Source: Neovahlkampfia damariscottae
Taxonomy: Eukaryota
Length of the DNA: 64,000 nt
Direction of reading: 5' to 3'
Assembly (NCBI GenBank): GCA_016618085.1
Contig: JABLTG010000115.1
Coordinates: 1-64,000 of the forward strand
The position numbers and the translations under genes were made by a program. How positions within the stretch are numbered: the stretch's first letter is position 1; each line of letters starts with the position of its first letter. The notes under the pieces were generated by a model, which saw only the letters and a list, made by a program, of their open reading frames with translations, searched no databases and was not told the DNA's origin. Below, one piece after another: positions 25,341 to 38,602 of the stretch.

Positions 25341-27011
25341 TCAATTTATTTCATATTTCTTTGGTATTGTTTCCAAAAATGAAACCAAGTCATCAATTTC
25401 CGAAATTGCGTTTGCAGGTAATTCATCAAAATCTTCCACCACAAAATCCAAGTCCAAGTCCAAAATTTCATCTTCTCTTTCATCAATTATAATGTTACTT
25501 TTTTTCATTGTTGGTGAAAAATCTAATGTTGTAAATTCGAATTCCAAAGCATTGAAGCATGCATCTTTTGTTTCTTTTTCAGGTTCTTTTTTAGATGAGT
25601 TGATGATATTGTTTGATATATTCTTCATTAACAAATCTTCAAAATTTGGTTTTTTTAAAGGAACAACAAGATCTGATTGTATTTTTGAAAGTAATGATAA
25701 ATCAACTTCATTCTTTTTCTCAATTGGGTATATTTTTTTTTCTTTTGTCTCCTCTCCAAATTTTTCAACATAAAGTTTATAAAAGAAATTTGACATTCGA
25801 TATTCAGGACCTGATGTCAATGTTGGTCTTAGATCATAAAATGTTTCATGTCCATTCAATTTTTTCAATTTCTTTAAAATATCATTATATCTTTCAGTAA
25901 AAACTTTTTTGATAACTCTTCTTGAAATTAAATTATATACACTACCCAATTCAATTGCACTATTCAAAATGAATTTTGTTTTCTTTTTATCCAATGAGAC
26001 AATCTCCATTGCACTAAAAAAAAATTCTTGAGTTCCTTCAACTTTTTGGGGAATTCCATCTTTTTCTAAAACTAAATCAAAAAGTTCAGGTTTATTAAAT
26101 CCTGATTCTTTCAATTTTACTGATTTAGAAATCATATGTAATCTTTCTTTTTCCAATTTACAACCAACTACTGATTTCCTAATTTTTGGAAGAGTTTCTG
26201 GTAAAATATAATGTTGTTCTATTATTATAAAATCATTTGAATCATGATCTAAAATATTACAATAAGTCATATATGGTTTATTTGGATAATCTTTGAACAT
26301 TCCGCAAATAGTTCCGTCATATGGATAATCAAATACATATTCAAAACTGATAATGTGAATATTTTTTAAAGATGTAACATTTGGAAAATAATTTTGATTC
26401 ATAATTTGTAATTTATAACTTGGACTTTCAAATAACGTTTCATTGGATAATTTCTCTTTTGAAATATGTTCAAAAAAATCAAAATCCATTTCTGTCACTT
26501 TTTCAACTTCAAAATCTTCATCTTTATAATCAAATTTTTGAGTTAAAATTGGAACTATAAATTGAGTTTCTTTTTTAAATTTTTTAATTAACTTTTCAGC
26601 TATTGGTGTTTTTAAAAATTCTTCAAAAGTTGTATTTTTATATTCTTCAATCAAAATCTCTTGTAAATATTGTAAAAGTTCATTTGAAATTGAAAATTGT
26701 TGATTTTTCCAAGTTGTAATAATTTGAGAAGCAATAGATAATTCTTCTTCGGAGATTAATCGAAGTTGTTTTGTTTCTGATTCTAAAAAAGTATAGATAA
26801 TATGTCTCATATATTTTGTTGATTCTTCTTTATTTCCTTTTTTCATATGAGATTTTAAAACATGAACTGCAAGTATAAAATCCCAATTATATATTTTTTT
26901 TTTTTCTTTTGAAAAATCATGAAAAGATTTACTTATTTCTGAGTGATTTAGAACTGCATTGAATGTAATTGTATAAAGTTGAACTTTTCCAGATTCAGTT
27001 TTCTTTGGCAT
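25341..27011 (-). CDS. Hypothetical protein with N-terminal RGS-like region and possible START-like domain
   Basis: 556-aa ORF; FNAVLNH....FHDF...WDFILAV..IIYTFL resembles a degenerate RGS. Confidence 0.5.
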   Translation of the reverse strand: MPKKTESGKVQLYTITFNAVLNHSEISKSFHDFSKEKKKIYNWDFILAVHVLKSHMKKGNKEESTKYMRHIIYTFLESETKQLRLISEEELSIASQIITTWKNQQFSISNELLQYLQEILIEEYKNTTFEEFLKTPIAEKLIKKFKKETQFIVPILTQKFDYKDEDFEVEKVTEMDFDFFEHISKEKLSNETLFESPSYKLQIMNQNYFPNVTSLKNIHIISFEYVFDYPYDGTICGMFKDYPNKPYMTYCNILDHDSNDFIIIEQHYILPETLPKIRKSVVGCKLEKERLHMISKSVKLKESGFNKPELFDLVLEKDGIPQKVEGTQEFFFSAMEIVSLDKKKTKFILNSAIELGSVYNLISRRVIKKVFTERYNDILKKLKKLNGHETFYDLRPTLTSGPEYRMSNFFYKLYVEKFGEETKEKKIYPIEKKNEVDLSLLSKIQSDLVVPLKKPNFEDLLMKNISNNIINSSKKEPEKETKDACFNALEFEFTTLDFSPTMKKSNIIIDEREDEILDLDLDFVVEDFDELPANAISEIDDLVSFLETIPKKYEIN

Positions 27012-27144
27012 CAGATGCAGGTCAACTTTAATTTTTTCAAAATAAAATTATTGGAGGAAATTTGACTAACCAATTAACATACATTCCTTGTTTTCAATCA
27101 ATTTCTTTGAACGATGAAAAAATTGTAATTTTGAAATCAAAAAT

Positions 27145-30100
27145 TTATTTATACACAGGTGGATTAATGATACTTACCGGAATGTTTAAAACTTTATGTA
27201 AAGTACTCATGCAATAGTGAAAAAATTTTGTGCCATTTTCTTTTTTTGATAATTGTTGGTTTTTAAGGTAATGAGATTGCATATCCATTAATAATTCACA
27301 TGCTTCAATAGTAGATGCTTCAGGTATAAATAACATTGTAATATCACTTCTATAACTTAACAAAATTAAAATTGATTCACTTAAATCTAAAAGATCTGAA
27401 TATGTAAATAAGAAAATTGGATATTGATTTGATCCTAACATTGAATCAACTAATGTTATAATTTGTGTTGGATTATCAGACACTAATGATAATTTAACAA
27501 AATTTATAAATGGATATCTAGTTTTATATTTCTTTGGTGATACTCCATAACGAATTAGAGGTGAATGAAATGGTATATTTAACATATTCTCATGTAATGA
27601 TGTATTGGTCTTAAAAAGTTAAAAATAGATTCAAATTTGTTACTGCGTCTGAAATTGAAAGATTATTTTCAATATTTGTTAAAATCCATTTCTTTCGATG
27701 TATTTCAGCTGGTGAAATGAATTTTTCTAAATCTTCTGAATAAAAACAAAAATAATTTGGTATAGACCTATTATTTGTTTTGAAATTATTTGAACGAATT
27801 AATTCATGATTTAATGTCAATGATCTTGTTGAAAATTGTTCAAACATTAATTCCCATGGAAATATTGAAACACTTTTACTACAAACTAATAACTAAAAAA
27901 AAAAATGTTAATTCATCAAATATATTGTTACTAATGGTTCTTTTGGTGATGATTGTTTGTCTAAATCAATAATATTTCCAGTATTTGTTAATGATTTATA
28001 AGCAGATTGTTTGAATATTGAAGTAAAAAAACTTTTTGATTTTGATTGTCTAAGACTTCCAATTTTTTCTTTTTTTTCAGAATTATATTTATAATCAGTT
28101 AAAAACAACTTTTTTAGAAGATATTAATATTTTTTTGAATTTCTTACAGTTTCAGACATTGATTTTGTAATCATTTCTGAATGTTCAATACCACATTTTT
28201 CTTTTGTTTCACGTCTTTGTTGAAGTATTAAAGAACTTAAATAACCCAAATATTCATCAGATAACCAAGGTATTTGTTTTTTTACATCTTGATTTTGTTG
28301 ATGTAATCTATCACCAACAGAAAATAAATGAGTTGAACCACCTGATAATGATTCTTGATATTTTCTACCTCCAAATTGATTAAATGTTGTTTTTCCAGTA
28401 AAAGGTACATAAGTTATCATTGTATCATCAATATGTATTAAATAAACAATACGTATCATTATATCTTTTGGTATTTCTTTTTGTGGAATATAAATATCAA
28501 AGTTTTTAATATTCAAAGTTGGTGTTTTTGTATTTTCACCAATACTTTTTAAATATGCTCCAACAATAACTGCATCACCTGAATCTAATGAAAGATGTCG
28601 AAGTTGTTGATCAAATTTTTGCATTGAAGAAACAGATGATGTTTTTTCAGTTGACCCAGTACCAAATGATTTTGATGTTAAATTTGTAGGTGATTTTGAT
28701 CCAATTTTCTTTTTTCGAATGAAAGTCATTAAATTGTATAATCTATCAATACAAGTTTGATTCAATTTTGCAAATTCTTTTTCTGAAATTTCTTGTGATG
28801 AATAACGATAATAATGAATATTCATAATATGAAGACAACTCCAAACTCTTTCTGAAATTCTTTCTGTTAATAAATGTGTTTCATTAATATCTTGTGAACC
28901 ATTTGAACCATTAGAATAATTTGAAAATGATGTTGTATTTGATTTAAATGAACTCGATGACATTGGTCTTTTTGATTTCTTCATTTTTGATCTTGATTTT
29001 GAAAATGGTAAAGATTTTTCAGTTTTTGATTTTACACCTGAAAACATTGGAATTGATTCATATAACTTGTTTTGTTTTTGAAATGCATCAAAAAAATTTT
29101 CTGATTCTGATTCTGAATCAGATACATCTGAATCATATCTTGCAATATCATTTTCATATGATTTCTTTCTAATTTGATCTAATTCAATATCTAATGATAA
29201 ATATGCATCAATTACGAATAAATTCTTATTAATGATATCAGATTCAAAATTAAATAATAAACGAATTAATCTTTTCAGTATTGAAAATAATGTTTCTAAA
29301 AATGGTAAAGGTGCTCCTCTGACTAACATAACATCAATTTCATCCATGAATAAAGTGAATAATGTATTTCTACATTCTGTCCAATAAGCAAATGATGAAT
29401 GAATTCTTGATTGTAAAAATTTTAATTCAGCAAATGTCATATAAGTATCAAGACTTAAAAGAATTGATGAAAATCTATTTGATGAATCTAATCCTTGATT
29501 AACTAAATCTTGAATAGATTTTAATGAAATCCTATCAATTAAATCATTCTTTTTTGATTTCTCTGATAAATAACACATTTTTTCAGGTGAAAAATTCATC
29601 ATACATATTCTATTGAATAAATAATTGATTTGTGATCTAGCCATTCTTAAACGTATTTTTGATGAATTTAAATCATCAGATATCATTTTATAATAAGAAA
29701 GTGATTGTTCATATGTATATAAACAATCTTGAAGTACTTCTGATTCTTTTTCATATTTAGTTCTTCTGTAAATTAACTTATTTGATGATTGTGCTTTATA
29801 TTTACTTAATTGAAAATATAATTGATATTTAGATAAATTTTCAGGTTCCAATTTTGAAGGAAATATTGTTAATGAAGTTGTGTTACTCAAAGCTTCAAAT
29901 ATTTTTCCTTTTAAATATAAACTTCTTGCAATTTCACTTGGAGGTGCATCTTCCATTCTTTTTAAAGATTCAGTGACCCAAAATAAAGCTAATTCATTAT
30001 GACCTTGTGTATATTCACGTTTAGCAACTAAATTTAATGTTAAAACTTCCATTCCTAAAATATAATCTTTTGGTATTTTATCAAAAAAAGTTGCAAGTTT

Positions 30101-33004
30101 ATCAATGATCAAATCAAATTCAGCAAACCATCTTTTTCTTAAATAGGCATCAGCAAGTTTTAAATAAGTTAAACATTTTTGAACTGGTTTAATATCTTGA
30201 TCAATTAATTTAACTAATAAATCAATTCCTTTTTCCAAATGTAGTCCATTCAAAAATAAATCAGCTAATCTTAATTGTAAATCTAATTCTTGATTTTTTG
30301 TTGATTTTCCATGAACTTTAATGAAATTAATTGCATTAATTAAATATTGTTCTGCATTTCTTGTATCTCCTCTTGCATTATATTCTTTACTTAATTGTTC
30401 TGATAAAAATGAAACTTGAGCAATATCTTTTTCAACTTCTGCTTTCTTTAAAAGTAATTGTAAATAATAAACACTATTCTTCCAATCATCATGTTTTGAA
30501 CTTAAAACTTGAAATGTACTAACAAGTTTATAATCGTATTCATGATTAAGTAATTTATTATTTTGTAATGAACACCAATATATTTGAGCACCATAATCAT
30601 ATTTATTATTTTGTACTAATATTGATCCATATTCAACAAGTGATTTAGTTCCAATTGGACTAACAATATTTCTAATTCCATTAATTAAACTTGGTATAGT
30701 ATCAAATATATAAACAGATTCATATATCATTTTTTCAGCTTCTGAATCTTTTCTAAGAATATATCTGTGATATTGACCTAATGATAATGCAACTGATGCT
30801 TTTAAAGTTGAATTTGGTAATAATTTATAAATTTCTGAAAGTTTTTTCATTCGAACTACTTCACCAAATAATTCATTTCCAGATTGATCAAAATATTCTT
30901 GTCCTTCATCTTCATCATATCCTGTGTATAAAGGTTGTAATGTAAATGGTGAAATATTACAAAAAAAGTGATGAATCAATAATAATGAAAATGCTGATAA
31001 ATCAAGTGATGTTGGCATTAAGTATAATGGATTTGTTGATGTTGTTTCTTTTGTTGTTGAATAATTATTATTCTTTTCATATATTTTTAATAAATTTGGT
31101 AAAAGTTTTTCTTTAAAATTGTCAGGATCATTTTTAACTAATTGATTAAAATTATGACATAAAGCAGAGCACTAAAAAAATTAACATCAATTTAAAATTA
31201 TTTACCTGAACTAAATGAGTAGAATCTTCATAATTTGGATAAAACTTATTCATTGAATCCATCATACTTTGAAAATCAACCAAAGATTTTTTTGGTTCTG
31301 CTGGATTCCATAATCTTGCTGCTAATCTCAAAAGTCCAAGACTAATATTAAAAATTCCTTTTTTTTAAGAGAATTAAAAACTTAAAAAAACAAACCTATT
31401 AACTCTTTGACATCTTCTTGGTCAACATGATCTTTAACTTTTGCGTATGGTAATTGACTAAAATAATCAGTTAGTAATTGAACACAATCTGATTTTGCAT
31501 CACCATGAAATAATCTCCAACAAGCTTCATAATAATTCTCAGTCCATTGAATTGAAAATTTATCCATATATTCTAATCCAGAAAGAATTACCATAGCTTT
31601 ACCATTTGAATCTTCTTGATCTCTTTCAGTTTCATATTTTTCAACAATTGATTTCAACCATGTTTTATAGTCCGTTTGTATTTGATTTTTATTCTTTTTC
31701 TGATCAAGTTTTAAATCAAAAAAAGTAGATGCTTCCGAACTATAAAATGAATAAAAAAAAAAAAACTTACTGTTCATCTTGTGTGTTTTGTTTTGGTTTA
31801 AAAAATTTAAACTTCTGTGGAAATATTTCTTCTTTCAAAGGGTCTTTTTGTTCTTTATCTTGATATCCAAAAAGTAATTGTTTCATTGCGTTTGGTTGTG
31901 GTACATCATCATCATCATCTTCAATACCCCAAGAGTCATCATCATCCCAACGCTCTTCTTCTTCATCAGGAACTTGATTTTTTTTTTCTTCTTCTTGTCT
32001 TTTTATTTCAATCTCCTCTTTTATATCTTCAATTAAATTTTCAATTTGTTCTCCATTCGTCAAGTCCTTTGTTTTATTTTTAAAAAAAAAAAAAAAACCT
32101 CATATGGAAACTTTAAAGCATAATCACCAAATTCAATAGCTTTTTCTAAACAGCCAAGTTGTTTTAAACAAAAAGCAATATTATGAAATATTGTACCTAT
32201 TAAATCTGGATCTGAATATTCTTTTGGATAGAGTTCTGTTAATAACTCTAAACATTCCTTTAACATTTGTAAAGCTTCTTTATATGACTCTTGTCTTCGA
32301 AGTAATCTTGTTTTTAAAATTTTTACATTCAATAATAAAATTGCGCTCTATGAAGTTTTAAAAAAAAAAAAAAAAAATTACAGGTTCATAATGTTTTGAT
32401 TTTTTATCATCAACAACATCTTCTAATCTTTGTTGTGCTGTTTCTAAAAGAATATGAGAATTCAAAAATGGTAATTTGTTTTCTTCTTTATGATGTTTGT
32501 ATTGAATTTTTGATAATAAAAATAAACTTTTACAATATATATAAACACCTAAATCATGATTAAAAAAATAAAAACTTGAAAACCTTCAAAAAAATGTCAA
32601 ACAAAAATATTTTGTACCTTCATCATCAAGGTATGGATTTTCCTTTAATTTATTTTCAAAAAAATCTTTAACTAATAATAACTCTTCATAAGCTTCACCA
32701 TCAAATACTATTTTAATATACATTTCTGCTGTTTCAATCATAACTTCTTGTTTTTGATTTGAATATATTTGTTCTGGAGATTCCTTTTTTTTTTTTTAAA
32801 AAAAATTAATTTTAATTTACTTTGAGAACATTAATTTTCTTCCTCAAATCTTTAAAAGTTTTCCATATGTCCCAAGTAGCTGATAATTTTATTTCCTCTT
32901 TTTTTGTAGGTTTTATAACTTCTAAAAAGAATGTGAGGAAAATAGTTTTTACTTGGTAATTTGTTTCGAACATCCTCTAGTTTTTGGATTATTTCTTCAG
33001 TCAT
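27145..33004 (-). CDS. Large multi-exon alpha-helical (TPR-like) protein
   Basis: Successive minus-strand ORFs (964 aa plus several smaller) linked by short GT-AG introns; TPR-like segments such as IFHNIAFCLKQLGCLEKAIEF and ARSLYLKGKIFE. Confidence 0.6.
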
Positions 33005-33250
33005 GTTCGTACAAAAGTCAGGAAAATTTTTCAACGTTATTTAGAATTCGATTGGTCGAAATTTTTTTGTTGTTTAAATAGACCGGAAAAATTTTTGGAG
33101 ATAAGCATTCGTTTTTTCACAAGTTTTTATTTTAATTTGTTTTCAATGGAAAAGTTGGATGGAAAATGGTAATGACTTTTCCCAAATTCATTTTTTTTTT
33201 TTGAATTAAGAAATAACCAATAAAAACACTTGATTCTTCCAATACAACAA

Positions 33251-33485
33251 GTAACACATGTTTTCATTCTCCTGTTTGAGCAAACATACGGAGTTAATTT
33301 TATTTACTCAATGCGCTCAATGGAAAGTCCCTGGAACCAAAGTTGTGCAGAAAGTGCCGACTCGTGAGAGTGAATAACCAGTTAATTCTTTAAGAATTCT
33401 CTTGGTCTCGTTCATTTACCGGATAGTAATTGGAGAAAAGTGCTAATGGCGCTTCACAGAATAGGGCTTACGAATTCTGTGTTAC
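33251..33485 (+). ncRNA. RMRP: RNase MRP RNA
   Basis: P1 GTAACACA../..TGTGTTAC; P2 TTCTCC/GGAGAA; CR-I GGAAAGTCCCTG pairs with CR-V ACAGAATAGGGCTTA (P4); MRP-specific P8 GCA-GAAAG-TGC (GARAR loop); TTTT downstream; GC-richer than flanks. Confidence 0.85.
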
Positions 33486-33630
33486 ACCTTTTAAAAAATA
33501 AAAAAATTTCAAATCAAAACCCATTCTAATTAGTTTTGCTAAAAGTATACCAAAGCAGCATCAATTTTTTGATCAATAAAACCATCAACTAAACTATTTT
33601 TTGATTGGTTATTATCCAAACAAGTCCAAT

Positions 33631-34368
33631 ATGAAGAGGTTGTTGAACAAATTGCCAAACGAGACAAAACTTCAAAAATTAACTTTTCGAAAATATTCTG
33701 TACATAACTCGCATTTAGATGACAAATCCAACATTTTTACCTATCCAATAAACAAGTTAGAAATCAAAGAAAATTATCCAAACTACACAAAAGTAAAGAC
33801 AAAAAAATTAAAAAATAGAGTAACGTTTTATTTAGTGGACAAAAATCAAACAGTTTAACAATGATGAAATTGGCAGGAACAGGTCAAGCTATATTTTGTT
33901 TTTCTGTTTCAACACTTTTTCACACAATACCTGAAGAATTATTTCAATACTCAAATCCATTCTTATACGCAAATATTTCATTTGGAATAGGTTTTTTATC
34001 AGTTATTGCTGTTTTTTATTATTCAAGACATTTCATTTTAGAGGTTTTGATTTTTTTAGAATTTTAAACTTGCTTTTCTGTAGATTGGTAAATTGGATGA
34101 CCAAAATATTAGGTTGGTAACTGGTAATTATTTTGGTGTCAGAGAGGAAATAATACCTATTAGTTCATTAGAATCTGATTCTATTGCTGATTTGTATTCA
34201 TCAACAAGAAAAGATTATTTTATTTTTAAAATAAAAGGAAAATCGACTTTTGGTTATCTTTGTGATATTTCAGCAAAAGATGCATTCATGGACAGAAAAA
34301 AAATACAAGAATTATTTTCAAATTCAAAAAGATCACTGACAGTAAAAAAAGAATTTCCATACAAATAA
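33631..34368 (+). CDS. Probable mitochondrial inner-membrane protein (TMEM70/186/223-like)
   Basis: Basic presequence-like N-terminus, two TM helices, then YYSRHFILE..KL...IRLVT..YFG; 2 introns. Confidence 0.5.
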
Positions 34369-34490
34369 ATTTTGAACCATTTGCGATTCATTTACATCTA
34401 CTTTTGTTTTGACAAACACCAACAAGAAACATCAAACGAGTTTGTAAAAAAAATGAAAAATAAATTAATGATTAAAATGGAAGTAAATAT

Positions 34491-36549
34491 TTATTCTTCT
34501 TTCCAGAAAGTAATTTTAGCAGGTGTTAATCCCATGTTTCCAGTGTTGAATGTATTTAAAGGATCAAATTCTTTTTTAATTTTTTTTAAAACATCAAAAG
34601 CAACAGGACCTACAGCATCAGTCATAAATTGTCTTCTTAATTTTCCTACACCATGATGATGTGATAAAGTACCTCCATTTTTTAAAATTTCTTCTCTAGC
34701 TTCTTCTTCAATTTCAGTAAAAATTTTAACTGGATTTTCAACACCTCTTGATGAGAAACCAAAGTAATAATATAAACAAGCACATGTTTTATAAGTTTGT
34801 GTAAGTCTAACAGAAACCCAAAGTTGACCTGGAACACCTTTCTTTTTTGCACATTCAATCATTCTTTTTTTAACGTTTCTATCAAGTTGAACAACGTTTT
34901 TCCATGGAACAGTTGTTTCAAAACTTTCAGCTGTAAAGTAATATGACATTCCATAATCTCTTAAATAAGCAACAACATAAGTTAATAAATAACCTTGTGA
35001 ACCTGATTTTTCACCTGCTTTGAGACCTCCATACTTTTGTAAAACATCATAAACACGTTTTTGTTGATAATCAACTTCTTCTTGTGTACCTTCAAATAAT
35101 ACTGTAGCAGCGCACATTTTTTCAGGATCAAAACCCATAATTCTTGTGACATATATTTTTTTAGCCCAATCAACCCATGGTTCTAATTTACTTTCTGCTT
35201 TAAGTTTTAAGGATTGTCCAAAAGCAAACATAACAGGATCTAATAAACGAACTGAAGCTGGTGCCATTTTTCTTGAAGCTAATTCATGAAACGCAGCAAC
35301 ACCTGATTCAAAATCTGGAAAGAGTACTGAACCATGAACTTGTGCTTCTGGAAGTTTTGAAATTTTAACAACTGCTTCTGTGACAACTCCGAGTGAACCT
35401 TCTGATCCAAGAATAATTTGATGCAAATCAGGACCTGTTGATTTTCTTTCAACTTCAAATGGAATATCAATTGTACCAACAGGTGAAACAAATTTAATTT
35501 TTAAAACAAAATCTTCAATATTTCCATAAACATTTTTTTTCATTCCTTTTTTTAAGATTTTTAATTTTGTTTGAAAAAAAAAAACTTACCACTAGCTCTT
35601 GTAGCAACCCATCCACCAAGTGTTGAAAATTCAAATGAATCAGGTTCATGTCCAAGACATAATCCTTGACTTTCTAATTGAGTTTGAATTTCCATTCCAG
35701 ATGCACCTGCTTCAATACAAGCTGTACTATTTTCTAAATCAACCCATTTAACTTTATCCATACATTGCATATCTAATGAAATAATCATTCTATCTTCATC
35801 TTCTGGACATAATAAACTTTGTGAGACTTAAAGAAATAATGTGAAAAAAAAAAAGAACACTTACCAGTAGTACCACCACCATATGGAATGATAACAACAG
35901 GATGTTTTTGTGATAATTTAACAATTTTTTCAACATCTGAATGTGAAGATGGATAAATAACAACATCAGGAACTCTAAGAAATTCACCATAACGTAAATT
36001 CATAAGTTCTTGACAACTATGACCATGACCGTGTAACAATCTACATTCATCATCAGTTTTTAAGTATTTATATGGTTTTCCCATTTTATAAAGTTCATCA
36101 ATATACTCTTGACAAAGTCTTGATTTTGGAATTTTTGGTTTCATTTCAGCAAAAGTTTGTGGATCAATTTTATGTTCAACATCTAAACCAACATATTTTT
36201 CGAAATAATCACGAAAATCAGGAAGATCTTTTCCAGATAAAACATATCTATCAGTTCCGTTAACATAAGCTTCACCATTTTTTTTCATTAAAAATTCAGT
36301 ATCACTATAACCCCAAGCTTTAAAAAATAAAAAATATTTTTATATTTTACCATTCCATTTGAGAAGTTTTTGTTTTGGTGGTAAATTTTTACCCAAGTCA
36401 GGATATGCTTTTAAATCTCTTTCAACAACAGATGTTAATTCTTTGACGTTTCTTCCTCTGATACTTGAAGCTGTGTCAGATTTTGAAACAACGTTTTGGT
36501 TTAATTGGTTTTGTAAAACGGAAATTCTACGTGATGATTTATCTTCCAT
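34491..36549 (-). CDS. AGPS: Alkyldihydroxyacetonephosphate synthase (peroxisomal ether-lipid synthesis)
   Basis: PTS2 RISVLQNQL; KWNG|WGY, PYGGGT, GHEPDSFEFSTLGGWVATRASG, MKKNVYGNIED, LGSEGSLGV, SHHHGVGK. Confidence 0.95.
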
Positions 36550-36747
36550 TTGTTTTTTTTTTTCACTTCGAATTACAAAATGATTGGACCAGTTTAAACC
36601 AATCATCAGAGTGTTGAACGAATAACAAGAAATCGGATAAATCCGAAGAGAACATAAATTGTATATTTCACAATTTTTGATAAACAGTTTCATTGGATGA
36701 ACCAAATTTGACTTCTAAAATTATTGTCCAATTAAACGATTGCCTAC

Positions 36748-37374
36748 ATGCTAAAAAGAAAAACTTCTGATGTTGATGATGTGGACTTCATATTTCCACC
36801 TACAAAAAGAAGAGAAAACCATCCAAATTTTGAATACCTTTTTCCGACACCTCAGAATCATGAAGCTTTAAAATTCTTTATCACACCAAGGATGGCTTTT
36901 TCTTTGTATATCCAAGCAAAGTTTATTTTTGAAACAATGACAATGACTTTAGAAAATTTAAGTCATGTTCAAAAATCTCAAGATGGTTTTTTTGAAATAT
37001 TACTTCCAAAGTATGTTGTTCAAAAAGCAAACAAAATTTGGATGACTCAATTTTCTATTTGTTTTCAATCGATTTATGAATCACTTCAACATGGAATAAT
37101 ACCAAAACCTATGTGTATGGCTGATTCAATTGCTCTTTATCGTGTTGTTGTTCATGCTGAAATTGAGCATCACTCCGGTCAATTTTTGAAATATTTTGGT
37201 GATTTTTATTGTTCACTACAAGAGGCAAAAAATAATATGGATTTAAAATTTGTTGAATTATTTGAATTTTTCTTTCTTTTAGATAATTCTGAATTTTTAG
37301 ATTTTGTTGAAAATGAAGATGAAGAATTTTTATCAACATTGGATATTAATAATTGGTTTAAACCATATTTGTAA
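36748..37374 (+). CDS. Hypothetical protein
   Basis: 208-aa intronless ORF divergent from AGPS. Confidence 0.55.
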   Translation: MLKRKTSDVDDVDFIFPPTKRRENHPNFEYLFPTPQNHEALKFFITPRMAFSLYIQAKFIFETMTMTLENLSHVQKSQDGFFEILLPKYVVQKANKIWMTQFSICFQSIYESLQHGIIPKPMCMADSIALYRVVVHAEIEHHSGQFLKYFGDFYCSLQEAKNNMDLKFVELFEFFFLLDNSEFLDFVENEDEEFLSTLDINNWFKPYL

Positions 37375-37513
37375 GATTTGAGAAAGTTTAATTTAACTTC
37401 AAAGAAAAAAAAATAAACAGTTTTGTATTCGGAATTATTGACCAACCAAAAATTGACGTCTGTCATTCTCTTTTTTTTTGATTGATATAAACCAATTTTA
37501 TTTACAATTTTTT

Positions 37514-38488
37514 TTAAAAACTACTTTTGATAACTTTAGTTTCAAGAGTTTCTTTTTTTGATAAAATAATTCCTGAAATTCTTTTTATTCCATATCCACC
37601 ACTTGTATCACAATAAATACGATGATCACTAATAATCACATCATTTTTTTGAACATGTCCAGTAACAATAATTTTATCACAATTTTTTGGATATTTATCT
37701 AATTTGGTACTAAAGATTTGATCAATTCTTCTTGAACAAATTTCTCTTTTGTACAAGTTTTTTAATTGTTCTTCTAAATCAACATCTTCACATAATCCTG
37801 CATGAACAAAAATAAAATCATCTGATTCAACTACCCAAGGAAGGTTTTTTACGAATTCTTGATGTTCCATAGGCATCTTTTTTAATAATCCCTTTTGATC
37901 ACCAAAATGACAAGTATATGAACAAAATGTTGTATTTGAGTGATAATTAGTACCTGAAGTTCTTGAAACATATCTTCTTCCAAACAAGTGCATGTTCTCT
38001 TCTTCTCCATGCTTTCCTTTCCACAGTTGATCAAAGTTTTTACAACCTTCTTGTGATTTTCTAAATGAGTATCCTTCTGGACATTTCCAAAATCCTAGAA
38101 ATAATCCAAGGGCCATTTCATGGTTTCCAAGAAGGAAATGTGTAGTATTTTCTTTTCGTTTTTTTTTTAAATCGATTAGGTACTGAATGGTTTCTTTGAC
38201 TTGTTTTCCTCTGTCTATATAATCACCAAGAAATACTAGAATGTAGTCTTCATATAAACTTTCTTTTGTAAGTTCTTTTTCTAAGTTTCTGATCAAGCTT
38301 TGGAGTTGATAAAGTTGACCATGTATGTCTCCTATGGCTATAATCTTGTCAGATGTAATATAATTGGGCTTGTTGGTCATTGTCCAAAGTTGTTTTGTCA
38401 GGCAGGTTTTTTGAAACGCGGATTGATGTGATTGGACATTTGATTTTGACTGATTTATTTTGGGACAAATAAAACTCCGATTGGACAT
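37514..38488 (-). CDS. PPP-family metallophosphoesterase, Rhizobiales-like (RLPH-type)
   Basis: GDIHG, GDYIDRG, GNHE, FVHAGL, VTGH, DTSGG; ENMHLFGRRY resembles the RLPH MHLQGRRW signature. Confidence 0.8.
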   Translation of the reverse strand: MSNRSFICPKINQSKSNVQSHQSAFQKTCLTKQLWTMTNKPNYITSDKIIAIGDIHGQLYQLQSLIRNLEKELTKESLYEDYILVFLGDYIDRGKQVKETIQYLIDLKKKRKENTTHFLLGNHEMALGLFLGFWKCPEGYSFRKSQEGCKNFDQLWKGKHGEEENMHLFGRRYVSRTSGTNYHSNTTFCSYTCHFGDQKGLLKKMPMEHQEFVKNLPWVVESDDFIFVHAGLCEDVDLEEQLKNLYKREICSRRIDQIFSTKLDKYPKNCDKIIVTGHVQKNDVIISDHRIYCDTSGGYGIKRISGIILSKKETLETKVIKSSF

Positions 38489-38602
38489 TTCACTGGAAAG
38501 TGTTCCAAAGATAAATCGTTTTTTTATCAAAATAATCAATCTTTCATCTCTAAAAAGATTTTACTTATCAGTTTCGTTTTTTTTTGTTTTTCCATGAATA
38601 AA

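Noticed and set aside
36600..36680. Hairpin TCGGATAAATCCGA with CTGA, a possible C/D snoRNA; similar weak candidates at ~51730-51810 and ~54010-54080
   Set aside because: No convincing box C plus terminal stem or rRNA guide could be identified by eye
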